DNA of 64,000 nt from a virus, in IMG/VR virus record IMGVR_UViG_3300005613_000030, positions 1-64,000 of that record. The stretch is one strand, 5' to 3'. The position numbers were made by a program, and so were the translations under genes. Positions 47,953-57,145 of this stretch are shown piece after piece (within the stretch, counting starts at the first letter, position 1; the number at the start of each line of letters is the position of its first letter). The notes below the pieces were generated by a model. The model did not search any database. It worked only from the letters and a program-made list of their open reading frames with translations, and was not told the origin of the DNA.

Positions 47953-49407
47953 ATGAACAACGACATGGTTAATCAAATTTCAAATGGATTGAGTCAGGGT
48001 CTAGTGTCTCCAGAGGACGTTGAACGACTTAATAAGGCGATCACAGCAGGTTACGGCGGAGCCGGAAAACCTACGGATCTTACTTACGGCGGCGTACTTC
48101 AGGCAGAATCACTTGAATCAACTCTAAAATCAATTACTTTCGACATGAAAAATCTTAAGTTTTGGCCTGCTGTTGCAGTAGACAAAGCTTATAACTTGTT
48201 CGAGCAGTACAACAGACTAGTTGGATACGGATCCGATTCTAGTCCTTACATGGGCGAAGGCGGAGCTCCTCAAGAAGAGGATTCTACTTACATTCGTGAT
48301 GGACAGAGAATTGTATTCTTTGGAACACGAAGAAAAGTATCCCATCAAATGACTTTAGTTAGAACTACAGTAGGTGATGTTGTAGCTCAACAAGCTAAAG
48401 AAGGAACAATGCATCTCCTAAAGAACATCGAAAGAGAACTTTATTGGGGACATGCTCATTTCGCTAATGTTGCTACTGGTGCTCAGAATGGATCAGTTTC
48501 CGATCTTCCTGCTAATTCAATTGCTATGAATGGTCTTCTTCAACAACTGTTGAAAGGCGACGATGATGAGCAACATAAATCAGGTGATTTCGCTGGTTTC
48601 GGAGATTTCCGATCAATAGCTCAAGATCTAGGCGGAAACGTTATGGCTCAAGATGATATTGAAGATCTATCAGTTATTGCTTTGGAAAACTTTGGTAATC
48701 CAAATGAATTACATGCTGAACCTCTAGCTATATCTGCTTTTATTAAGCAATTTTATCCACAATTCAGAAGCGCTCCAGGAATGTCAGCGCAGACAGTTGG
48801 ATATGATGTGAATAAAATGACCACATCAGCTGGTACTGTAGATTTTAAACCAAATCTATTTTTACGTCCACGTTATCAAGCTCGATCAAGAGCCGTCAAT
48901 GCTAATGCTCCTGTATTAGGTGCTGCTTCTTTCACAGCTGCTGCTGCTGGAACTGGTGGAAATATTCCTGCTGGAGATTATCAATATAAAATGACTTTTG
49001 TAAATGACTTTGGTGAGTCAGCTCCTATTCAGTTATCTGGTGGAGCAGTTACAGTTGCAGCTGGTGAAGTTGTTTCTTTAACTTTAGCAAATGTTCCTTC
49101 AAATGTTAAATCTATAAAAGTTTATAGAAGTAATGCTGGTGGAGCAGTTGGTGCAGAGTATTTTATTGCTAACTATAAATTAGCTGGTAGTGTTTATGTA
49201 GATTCTGGAGCTAAAGAGCCAGGACTAGGTGAAGCTTTCTTACTAGATATGAGTGCTGAATGTTTACGCTTTAAGCAACTTTCCCCACTTAGTAAGATAA
49301 ATTTCGCGATAGTATCTACTGCACTTGAGTTTGGTATTGTACTATACGGAGCTCTATTTGTTTATGCGCCGAGATTTAATTGCGTATTTAAGAATGTCGG
49401 TCGTTAA
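47953..49407 (+). CDS. Major capsid protein (Twort/Herelleviridae-like, with Ig-like insertion)
   Basis: KAITAGYG..GG.L..ESLE; EQYN; ELYWG; DYQYK.T.VND.GESAP; VYRS; LYGAL.VYAP. Confidence 0.9.
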   Translation: MNNDMVNQISNGLSQGLVSPEDVERLNKAITAGYGGAGKPTDLTYGGVLQAESLESTLKSITFDMKNLKFWPAVAVDKAYNLFEQYNRLVGYGSDSSPYMGEGGAPQEEDSTYIRDGQRIVFFGTRRKVSHQMTLVRTTVGDVVAQQAKEGTMHLLKNIERELYWGHAHFANVATGAQNGSVSDLPANSIAMNGLLQQLLKGDDDEQHKSGDFAGFGDFRSIAQDLGGNVMAQDDIEDLSVIALENFGNPNELHAEPLAISAFIKQFYPQFRSAPGMSAQTVGYDVNKMTTSAGTVDFKPNLFLRPRYQARSRAVNANAPVLGAASFTAAAAGTGGNIPAGDYQYKMTFVNDFGESAPIQLSGGAVTVAAGEVVSLTLANVPSNVKSIKVYRSNAGGAVGAEYFIANYKLAGSVYVDSGAKEPGLGEAFLLDMSAECLRFKQLSPLSKINFAIVSTALEFGIVLYGALFVYAPRFNCVFKNVGR

Positions 49408-49434
49408 TAACTAGTTGAAATTATTACGCAAAAT

Positions 49435-49460
49435 AGGGGTCACGTAAGTGACCCCTTTTT
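49435..49460 (+). terminator. Rho-independent terminator after the MCP
   Basis: AGGGGTCAC-GTAA-GTGACCCC-TTTTT. Confidence 0.9.
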
Positions 49461-49532
49461 ATTTCCCTATATCAACATAGTTATATATCGTTATAGTACA
49501 ACATAATAAATATCAACCATTATGGAGTTATT

Positions 49533-50291
49533 ATGTTTAATCGTGAACGAACTAAAGAGCTTTTTGGATATGATTTAGATCTTTCAGTTACACGCCGTAC
49601 TAAAAAAGAAATTGAGCAATCAAATGGTGTTGTTAGAAAGCATCTAAAAGTTGTAGATAATTGTCCTATATGCAATATTGAAAGAATTATATTACTTCGG
49701 CAATCAAGAAAAAATAAACCATGTAGTAAATGTTTCCATAATCTACCAACGACAATAGCGGCAAAAAGAAATCAAACTAAATTTGTATCTGAAGAGACTA
49801 AGCAAAAAATGAGAGATAATCATTGGTCTAAAAATGGTGGAGTATCTGCATTTAAAGGTAAAAAACATACAGAAGACACTAAAAATAAATTGCGATTACA
49901 TAGACAGCGACAATGTTTAAATTACACAGACGAACAGTTAAAACAGTTTCATATTAAGGCATCTTGTACTGTTCGTAATATTTCAATAGAGGATTTTGAT
50001 GGCTTCTCTTCTCCTAAAAACACATTAATTAGACAATCAGCAGAAGGTAAGCAATGGCGAATAGATGTCATGGCTAAAGCAAATTTTACTTGCGATAACT
50101 GTAATGTACGCGGAAAGAGTTTAGTAGCTCACCATCTTGAGGCATTTCATTGTAATCCGGAATTACGTTTTGATATCAATAATGGTGTCTGCTTGTGTCG
50201 AGATTGTCATGCTGAATTTCATACACAATACGGAAAGCGAAATAATACTAAAATACAATATGAAGAGTTTCATTGTAAAAATAAAAGTTAA
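49533..50291 (+). CDS. HNH homing endonuclease with NUMOD3-type motifs
   Basis: SEETKQKM; GKKHTEDTK; CDNC..LVAHH..NGVCLCRDCH..H. Confidence 0.85.
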   Translation: MFNRERTKELFGYDLDLSVTRRTKKEIEQSNGVVRKHLKVVDNCPICNIERIILLRQSRKNKPCSKCFHNLPTTIAAKRNQTKFVSEETKQKMRDNHWSKNGGVSAFKGKKHTEDTKNKLRLHRQRQCLNYTDEQLKQFHIKASCTVRNISIEDFDGFSSPKNTLIRQSAEGKQWRIDVMAKANFTCDNCNVRGKSLVAHHLEAFHCNPELRFDINNGVCLCRDCHAEFHTQYGKRNNTKIQYEEFHCKNKS

Positions 50292-50363
50292 TTCACTATA
50301 ATCCTATCTATTTTCATCAGTGGTGTTAATTGCTATTTGGTATAATATCATGAAGGAGATAAC

Positions 50364-51575
50364 GTGATTATATATAAAATAACTAATCTAATTAATAACA
50401 AAATATATATAGGTCAAACAACACAGCCATTAAATTGTCGATGGAATGATCACTGTCATTCAAAAAGAAAAAATAACGCTATTACAAATGCTATTCGTAA
50501 ATATGGTAAAGATAATTTCTCAATAGAGGTGTTAGCAACAGTGTACAAAACTGACGATTTAAATAGATTAGAGAAATTTTATATAGAAGAGTTTAACTCT
50601 TTGGCACCTAAAGGTTACAATCTTAAAACTGGTGGTCAAGATCACAATCGATACACAGATGAAAGTAAAAAGAAAATGAGCAGTGCTAGAATTGGTACTA
50701 CTATGCCAATTGATGTACGTAAAAAAATAAGTAAAACACACAAACAAAGATTTAAAGATAATCCGTTATTATCACAGCAGAGAAGTGAAATGGTAAAAAA
50801 AGCATGGACAGATCCACAATACCGAATAAATAAGAGTATTAAGCAAAAAGAATATTGGTCTGATGACATTAATCGTAAACGGCATAGTGCAATAGGGAAA
50901 CAACTTGTTTCTGATCCTGAATACTTAAAAAAAGTTAGCAATGGTGTTAAGAAGGCACAACAACGCCCAGAGGTAAAACAACGCATGGAACAATTTTATA
51001 AAACTAAATGTAAAAAAGTTATCAATGATTTACAAGAAATATTTGATTCAATTAAGGATGCTGCAGAGGCATATGGTATTCAATCATCTTCAATCACAAA
51101 ACAAATTCAAGGTGAATACAAAACAGCTGGTAAAAGAACTTGGAAATACTTAGATGACCGTCAAACAGTGTACATGTTAATTGGAGCTCCAGCATCAGGT
51201 AAGTCATGGGTAGCAAATCAATTATTAGATCAATACGATTACGTATCGTATGATAAAAATCGTAAAAAAGACCATTTACAATTATTAGCTAATCCTTCTG
51301 ATAAAGATAAGTTATACGATCCGACATTTAAAATTAGTACAATGATCAGACGACATTCAGATGAATTTAATTTTATTATAGTATGTATTCACGAATCGGA
51401 AGATGTATTACGAGATCGTATAGCAAGTCGAAATGGTCAATGGACCGACACAATATTAAAGCGAAATGAGCAAGTTCGTAAACGATATGAGAAATATGGA
51501 AATGGTGGGATTATTGGCACGTCTAATGAAGTATTAGAATATTTAAAATCGTTAAATAGAGTAAAAGATGAATAA
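50364..51575 (+). CDS. GIY-YIG endonuclease fused to a C-terminal P-loop kinase-like domain
   Basis: IIYKITN..IYIGQT; PKGYN; C-terminal VYMLIGAPASGKSW. Confidence 0.8.
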   Translation: MIIYKITNLINNKIYIGQTTQPLNCRWNDHCHSKRKNNAITNAIRKYGKDNFSIEVLATVYKTDDLNRLEKFYIEEFNSLAPKGYNLKTGGQDHNRYTDESKKKMSSARIGTTMPIDVRKKISKTHKQRFKDNPLLSQQRSEMVKKAWTDPQYRINKSIKQKEYWSDDINRKRHSAIGKQLVSDPEYLKKVSNGVKKAQQRPEVKQRMEQFYKTKCKKVINDLQEIFDSIKDAAEAYGIQSSSITKQIQGEYKTAGKRTWKYLDDRQTVYMLIGAPASGKSWVANQLLDQYDYVSYDKNRKKDHLQLLANPSDKDKLYDPTFKISTMIRRHSDEFNFIIVCIHESEDVLRDRIASRNGQWTDTILKRNEQVRKRYEKYGNGGIIGTSNEVLEYLKSLNRVKDE

Positions 51576-52224
51576 ATCAGAACACATAATTAAACGTTAT
51601 GAAAATGGACTAGTTCAATATGAACAGTGGCTAGTTAATGATCAGTTTCATAGAGTTGATGGCCCAGCTTATATTAGTTACCATAAAAATGGGCAAGTTA
51701 AATGTGAACAGTGGCATGTTAACAGCCAGTTACATAGAGTTGATGGCCCAGCTTATATTAATTACTACGAAAATGGACAAGTTAGTTGTGAACAGTGGCG
51801 TGTTAACGACCAGTTGCATCGAGTTGATGGCCCAGCTTATATTAGTTACTACAGTGATGGTGAGGTTGAATATAAACAGTGGTATGTTAACGACAAGCGG
51901 CATAGAGTTGATGGTCCAGCTTATATTAGTTACTATGAAAATGGACTAGTTGGATGTGAGCAGTGGCGTGTTAACGACCAGTTTCATCGAGTTGATGGCC
52001 CAGCTTGTATTAGTTACTATGAAAATGGACTAGTTAGATGTGAGCAGTGGCGTGTTAACGACCAGTTGCATCGAGTTGATGGCCCAGCTTATATTGGTTA
52101 CTACAAAAATGGGCAAGTTAAATGTGAAGAGTGGAGAGTTAACGGTAAGCAATTAACTAACGAACAAATAGAAGAAATCAAATGGAGTTTACAATTTAAC
52201 AAAGACTTAGAAGAGATACTGTAG
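51568..52224 (+). CDS. MORN-variant (YwqK-like) repeat protein with six HRVDGPA repeats
   Basis: 28-aa / 84-nt tandem repeats. Confidence 0.8.
   Translation: MNKSEHIIKRYENGLVQYEQWLVNDQFHRVDGPAYISYHKNGQVKCEQWHVNSQLHRVDGPAYINYYENGQVSCEQWRVNDQLHRVDGPAYISYYSDGEVEYKQWYVNDKRHRVDGPAYISYYENGLVGCEQWRVNDQFHRVDGPACISYYENGLVRCEQWRVNDQLHRVDGPAYIGYYKNGQVKCEEWRVNGKQLTNEQIEEIKWSLQFNKDLEEIL
51598..52150 (+). repeat. About 6.5 tandem 84-nt coding repeats
   Basis: cat[a/c]gagttgatgg at 51649, 51733, 51817, 51901, 51985 and 52069. Confidence 0.95.
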
Positions 52225-52285
52225 AAACTGAAATTTATTTTTAAAATAGTATAATCATATTAAATATTAACATCAAAGGAGTTTT

Positions 52286-52525
52286 ATGCAGGCAGCAAAT
52301 AAAGAAGCAATATTAAAGTATTTACAAGATTTAACTGAAGTAGCACTTAAACATGGTATTATAATGGGGCAAGATTTAGCAACCATAAGTCAAACCCCTG
52401 ATATGGGTTTACAAATTGGATGGGATGTAACAACACAAGAATATGTTGCAGTAGATAGCACTGGAGAATATAGAAATTCTACTTCTATTAATGTATCAGA
52501 CGATACAGATACTGAAACACCATAA
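52286..52525 (+). CDS. Hypothetical protein
   Basis: GTATAAT promoter and AAGGAG SD. Confidence 0.65.
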   Translation: MQAANKEAILKYLQDLTEVALKHGIIMGQDLATISQTPDMGLQIGWDVTTQEYVAVDSTGEYRNSTSINVSDDTDTETP

Positions 52526-52620
52526 ATTGTATTGTGGTAAGTGATAACTTAATTTATTTAGATATTAAAGATATTTTTAATCTAATAGTAATAAAATTAA
52601 AATCTTAAAGGTTATTGCTG

Positions 52621-52797
52621 ATGAAAAATGACAATAATAAAAATCAATGTGAACAATGTAAAAAGAAATCGTCAGAATTATATGCAACAAATGCACATAC
52701 ACCATATTGTGTTTTTTTATGTAGAAAATGTTATATAAAGAAACATGGTCAAGATGACTTCAATGAGTTTAATAAGTATGACACACACGATGATTAG
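52621..52797 (+). CDS. Small CxxC...CxxC protein
   Basis: CEQC...LCRKC. Confidence 0.5.
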   Translation: MKNDNNKNQCEQCKKKSSELYATNAHTPYCVFLCRKCYIKKHGQDDFNEFNKYDTHDD

Positions 52798-52838
52798 TTT
52801 ACACCATAAATAATGGTATAATATTTTAAGGAAACTTT

Positions 52839-53222
52839 ATGTCAAATGATCTAAAAGCAATTGCTCAACTTATTTGTAATCGACATGGGTATGAGATACA
52901 ACATGAAACAGAAAAGTCGATCTGTTTATCTCTTAAAGATAAAATTGCACGTATTGTAATAGTAGACAAAGATAATAATGCAAATGAATTAGATGTGACT
53001 TTTAGTTTAATAGTTCCACCATCTGAATCAGCTACTTTAATGCAGACATTAAATAAAATGTTATATGTTATAAATGTTAATCAAGATTTTTACTGTGCTC
53101 AAAATAAAAAAATATATCAAGGTGAAGACGCCATAACACAATATCAAGATGATATATATGCAGAGATAGAAGTAACGAAATATAAAAGCAGTTTTGATGA
53201 TGGAAAATATACTATTCAATAA
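52839..53222 (+). CDS. Hypothetical protein
   Basis: TGGTATAAT promoter and AAGGA SD. Confidence 0.7.
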   Translation: MSNDLKAIAQLICNRHGYEIQHETEKSICLSLKDKIARIVIVDKDNNANELDVTFSLIVPPSESATLMQTLNKMLYVINVNQDFYCAQNKKIYQGEDAITQYQDDIYAEIEVTKYKSSFDDGKYTIQ

Positions 53223-53233
53223 AAAGGGATACT

Positions 53234-53716
53234 ATGGAAGAGATTGTTATAAATTGTAAATGCTTAGATTGCGGTTTGCAATATATGAGTAAAGATATAG
53301 AATCTACCTGTGTATGCGGTAGTACAAATCATGAAGTAATTAATGATTTTGGAAAAGTTAAAAAAAATTCTAATGAAATAGATGGTAATGCTCAAAGATT
53401 TAATGATAATAAACTAATGATGAATCTTGTTCCTGTATCAGCTGTTAATTCACTAGCACGGGTATTAACGTATGGTGCTAAAAAATATGATGCTGATAAC
53501 TGGAGAAGAGGTTTTAATTATAGTGTTCCATATGCATGCTTAATGCGCCATATGATGGCATTTTGGGATGGTGAAGATATAGATCCAGAATCAGGGCTAT
53601 CTCACCTAGATCATGCTATAGCTAATTTAGCAATGCTAATTGAATTTGAACGTGAATGTCCACATCTAGATGATCGTTGGACGACACGCGTAAAACAGAA
53701 TAAGGCAGAGAAATGA
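53234..53716 (+). CDS. dATP/dGTP diphosphohydrolase-like (DUF5664-type) protein with N-terminal zinc ribbon
   Basis: K..MNLVP; VLTYGAKKY..NWRRG; MRH..AFW.GEDID.ESGL.HL.HA.AN. Confidence 0.8.
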   Translation: MEEIVINCKCLDCGLQYMSKDIESTCVCGSTNHEVINDFGKVKKNSNEIDGNAQRFNDNKLMMNLVPVSAVNSLARVLTYGAKKYDADNWRRGFNYSVPYACLMRHMMAFWDGEDIDPESGLSHLDHAIANLAMLIEFERECPHLDDRWTTRVKQNKAEK

Positions 53717-55392
53717 AAAAAATAGCAAAAAAATCTAAGAAGACCGTAGTTAAAATTGCTTCAAAAGCAGAAGCAAAAAAGATAATTAAGAAAAAAGCTT
53801 CTGAAAAAAAGAAAGCAATTCGTCGAGATTACGCTAAACTACGTAAAAAGATGAAATCTGATCTTAGCATGGAAGACTTTACATTGAACACACAGTATAC
53901 AATTGATATGTTAAAGTATCACTGGGGGTCATTAGCTGCATTAGATAAGGCAGCACGAATAAAATACCCTAATATGTTTTCAGATGTTAGAATTGAAAAT
54001 ATAATATCTCCCAAGAAACGAAAAGCTCTTAGATCTACTATTGCTAAAAATCAACGATTTTTTATTACTACTGCTGTAACTAGTTGTGATTTAGATGTTA
54101 CTGCTTATAAAACAGCTAAATACTACTGTAAAAAAAATAACGCAAAAATGTTGATACTTGTGTCGTCTGATCCTGCTCATAACTTAGATAAAGACTCATT
54201 AGGTCGAATTGATAAGCGATTAACAGAAGAATATATTGTTGTAGAAGATTCCACATTAAATTCAAATTTATTCTTATCTACTATTAAGTTATCTGCAAAA
54301 CAAATTGATCCAATAACTGGATTGAGTCGAATTGGTCAACGCGATGGTTCTTTTATTTTTGCATCACCGAAACAACGATTAAAAGGTACAGCAGTATCAA
54401 ATCAAAAAATGCCACATTTTTTAATGACCACTGGTGCAATTACATTACCAGATTACTCCTCTACTAATTATATGTCTAATCGTACGGCTGTTATTGCAGA
54501 TAGTGACCATGTGATGGGTGGAGTAATTGTTGAAGTTGTTGATGATACTTATTTTCATTTTAGGCAAGTTCAGTTTGATAGTAAAGGTAAATTTATTGAT
54601 TTAGGTATTGAATATTCTAGTAGAGGTACTAAAAAAGTAGCACCAGAAGCTTTTGTATTAGGTGATTGGCATGCAGGTGATACATCACCAATTGCTAAAC
54701 GGTGTTGGCAAGAAGTATGTGAACAGCTTAAGCCTAAAAGTATTATATTGCATGATTTATTCAATGGAATGTCAATAAATCATCATATTGATAACAATAT
54801 TGTAACACGTGCACAAATCGCTAAACAAGGATTATTAGATCTAGGCATGGAATTACAGCATGTACGAGATGATTTAAATGAATTATCTACGTGGGTAAAT
54901 AAATTAGTTATCGTTAAATCTAATCACGATGAATTTTTATCTAGATACTTAGAAGAAGCTAGATATGCAAAAGATCCGCATAATCATGCAGTTAGTCTTA
55001 AGTTAGCTGATGCTATGGTTAATGACGGTAAGGATCCTTTAAAATTTGCGATTGTTGAGCTTTATGGTTTAAAGCGGTCTAATAAAATTAAATGGTTAGA
55101 GCGTGATGAAGACTATAAAGTAGCTAGAATACAATGCGGTAATCATGGAGATAAGGGTGCTAATGGTGCTAGAGGATCAATCAAGAGCATGGAAGATGCA
55201 TATGGCGATTCGGTATCTGGGCACTCTCATAGTCCAGAGATATTAAGAGGTGCATGGAAAACTGGTACTTCGACTCATTTAAAATTATTATATAATAAAG
55301 GACCAAGCTCATGGATGCAAACATCATGTCTAATATATCCAAACGGCTCGAGACAATTGATCAGTGTGATCAACGGTTATTGGAAACTTTAG
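53713..55392 (+). CDS. Calcineurin-like metallophosphoesterase with basic N-terminal extension
   Basis: GDWH; HDLFNG; SNHD; NHGD; GHSH. Confidence 0.8.
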   Translation: MKKIAKKSKKTVVKIASKAEAKKIIKKKASEKKKAIRRDYAKLRKKMKSDLSMEDFTLNTQYTIDMLKYHWGSLAALDKAARIKYPNMFSDVRIENIISPKKRKALRSTIAKNQRFFITTAVTSCDLDVTAYKTAKYYCKKNNAKMLILVSSDPAHNLDKDSLGRIDKRLTEEYIVVEDSTLNSNLFLSTIKLSAKQIDPITGLSRIGQRDGSFIFASPKQRLKGTAVSNQKMPHFLMTTGAITLPDYSSTNYMSNRTAVIADSDHVMGGVIVEVVDDTYFHFRQVQFDSKGKFIDLGIEYSSRGTKKVAPEAFVLGDWHAGDTSPIAKRCWQEVCEQLKPKSIILHDLFNGMSINHHIDNNIVTRAQIAKQGLLDLGMELQHVRDDLNELSTWVNKLVIVKSNHDEFLSRYLEEARYAKDPHNHAVSLKLADAMVNDGKDPLKFAIVELYGLKRSNKIKWLERDEDYKVARIQCGNHGDKGANGARGSIKSMEDAYGDSVSGHSHSPEILRGAWKTGTSTHLKLLYNKGPSSWMQTSCLIYPNGSRQLISVINGYWKL

Positions 55393-55667
55393 TGAGTAAT
55401 TTGGAGTATATGAATGCTCCTAATATTGGTAAATTTAAAGGGTATAATGTGCGATATAAGCTGTTAAAGATATTTAAAACTTTAGGCTTATCGGTACCAA
55501 TTGAACAATCATTTTCAGCTGGCACACCTGTATACATAGATGATAATGGCAATTTATCTGCAACTCCAGCTATAAAAGCTAATAATATAGTTATTCAAGT
55601 TGGTATAGCTTCTGGCTGTGAAGATCAAATTATTATTCAACCTCAAATAATATCTTTTAATTATTAA
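55392..55667 (+). CDS. Hypothetical protein (C-terminus resembles capsid-cement/fibre-base motifs)
   Basis: GTPVYIDDNGNLSATP...QVGIA; start uncertain. Confidence 0.45.
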   Translation: MSNLEYMNAPNIGKFKGYNVRYKLLKIFKTLGLSVPIEQSFSAGTPVYIDDNGNLSATPAIKANNIVIQVGIASGCEDQIIIQPQIISFNY

Positions 55668-55741
55668 CAGATATTTCTAGTCTGTTAACACTCAGATATG
55701 GTATAATAATTCTTATAGTTTTAGTAATTATAGGAGTTATT

Positions 55742-56074
55742 ATGTCTGTCCCCAAATCATCAATAAGAAAAGTTTACTCTAACAATGTCAATGATATAGC
55801 ACAAGGTCTTAACGGAATTGTATTTCCGGGAGATGTTATTACTGATGATATTAGTGCTGCAGGTGTTAGTGTTGGTAAAGGTAATATCTGTCGAATAGAA
55901 GTCGGTGGTGCTGATATTTATGTCGCTTTTGGTGATAAAGATATAGCTGCTGTAGATGTTAATACTAGTCCGGCATTAAAATTAAAAGCTAATACTATAT
56001 ATCATGTGTTATCTTCTGATTTATATATACGCGCAAGTGTTAATCCGATTAGAGTAGAAGTTATTTATACTTAA
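55742..56074 (+). CDS. Hypothetical beta-rich protein, probably virion
   Basis: TGGTATAAT promoter and AGGAG SD. Confidence 0.65.
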   Translation: MSVPKSSIRKVYSNNVNDIAQGLNGIVFPGDVITDDISAAGVSVGKGNICRIEVGGADIYVAFGDKDIAAVDVNTSPALKLKANTIYHVLSSDLYIRASVNPIRVEVIYT

Positions 56075-56089
56075 TATATGGAGTAATTA

Positions 56090-57145
56090 ATGAAGATTGA
56101 TAGCTTTAGAGAATTATTAATTAAAAAAGCACATGATAAAAATCTTCAAACTCTTATTAAGCATGCTAAAGATGATTTCTTAGTAATGAGTTTGTTAGAA
56201 TCGTTAGAAAAGATGGCTCGCTGGTCGACTCATAGAAATGCTAATTCTGCAGTCCAGCACTTTGGTGCTGAAGTAGATCCCGAATTACACCCTAAGATGA
56301 TCCATGATGCTGTTAGTCATCATGCATCACAATATAAAGCAGCATTGAACGCGAAAAATGACGCAGTTGCTAATAAGCATGCACGTCAGCTTTTTAAGTA
56401 TATGCATTTTTTACATAAATTAACTGATGATGGTGGGGTTAATCATACCGATGGCGCGTTAAAAGTAGAAGCCGTTGATCCTAAGCCATGGGAAAGAAGT
56501 AAATACAGCACTGTAAATGATAAAACAGGTAAATTTAAAACAGACACTAAAGGATGGAGTAGAGACTCTACAGATTACTCTTTTCTAAAAGGTGCACCAC
56601 ACGAAGCTTACAAAACTGAAGTAAGTCGTCATGGCCATAATGAGGCATATCCATTAGAGCAGATCAAAGTTAACGGTAAACATCTTCATATTGAGGATCC
56701 ACAAGAGTTTAGTGGACAATATGAATCACATCCATTTGACAATCATCCTATTTTACAAAAACCAGCTGGCTCAAGAACTAGTCATTATGCAATGCCATCT
56801 CGTGCTCATACTGAAGATCATCATCACGCATACTTAGAAGGCGTTGATGAGTTTCATAATAGTCCACATATGGATACTTTTTTTGATAAACATGAGAAAT
56901 TAGAATCAGAAAATCCAGAAGCATATGCAGCAAGAGGTTCAAAACCTAGTGATAAAGTGCATGCACCTATAGATAATCCATTAGATTTTTCTTCTAAACC
57001 TAAAGATATCGCCCCAGCTAAATCTCCAGTTACTGAGCAAAAAGCTGCTGCTCCAGCGCAGAAACCTACAAAAGCAGCTGCTGTAGATATAGAGAGTTTA
57101 CCACCAGATATTGCTAAAATGCTGAAAGATAGAGGGCTTATATAA
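56090..57145 (+). CDS. His-rich hypothetical protein, candidate internal head protein
   Basis: N-terminal LLIKKA and LEKM motifs. Confidence 0.65.
   Translation: MKIDSFRELLIKKAHDKNLQTLIKHAKDDFLVMSLLESLEKMARWSTHRNANSAVQHFGAEVDPELHPKMIHDAVSHHASQYKAALNAKNDAVANKHARQLFKYMHFLHKLTDDGGVNHTDGALKVEAVDPKPWERSKYSTVNDKTGKFKTDTKGWSRDSTDYSFLKGAPHEAYKTEVSRHGHNEAYPLEQIKVNGKHLHIEDPQEFSGQYESHPFDNHPILQKPAGSRTSHYAMPSRAHTEDHHHAYLEGVDEFHNSPHMDTFFDKHEKLESENPEAYAARGSKPSDKVHAPIDNPLDFSSKPKDIAPAKSPVTEQKAAAPAQKPTKAAAVDIESLPPDIAKMLKDRGLI

Noticed and set aside
22833-49407. Group I introns housing the HNH/GIY-YIG genes
   Set aside because: Flanking genes (dnaE, recA, terL, portal, protease, MCP) appear complete, and the endonucleases abut them with no room for ribozyme cores. 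They are free-standing.
51598-52150. CRISPR array (also considered for 1473-2438 and 59588-59714)
   Set aside because: The units are in-frame multiples of 3 inside ORFs, with no unique spacers and no cas genes.
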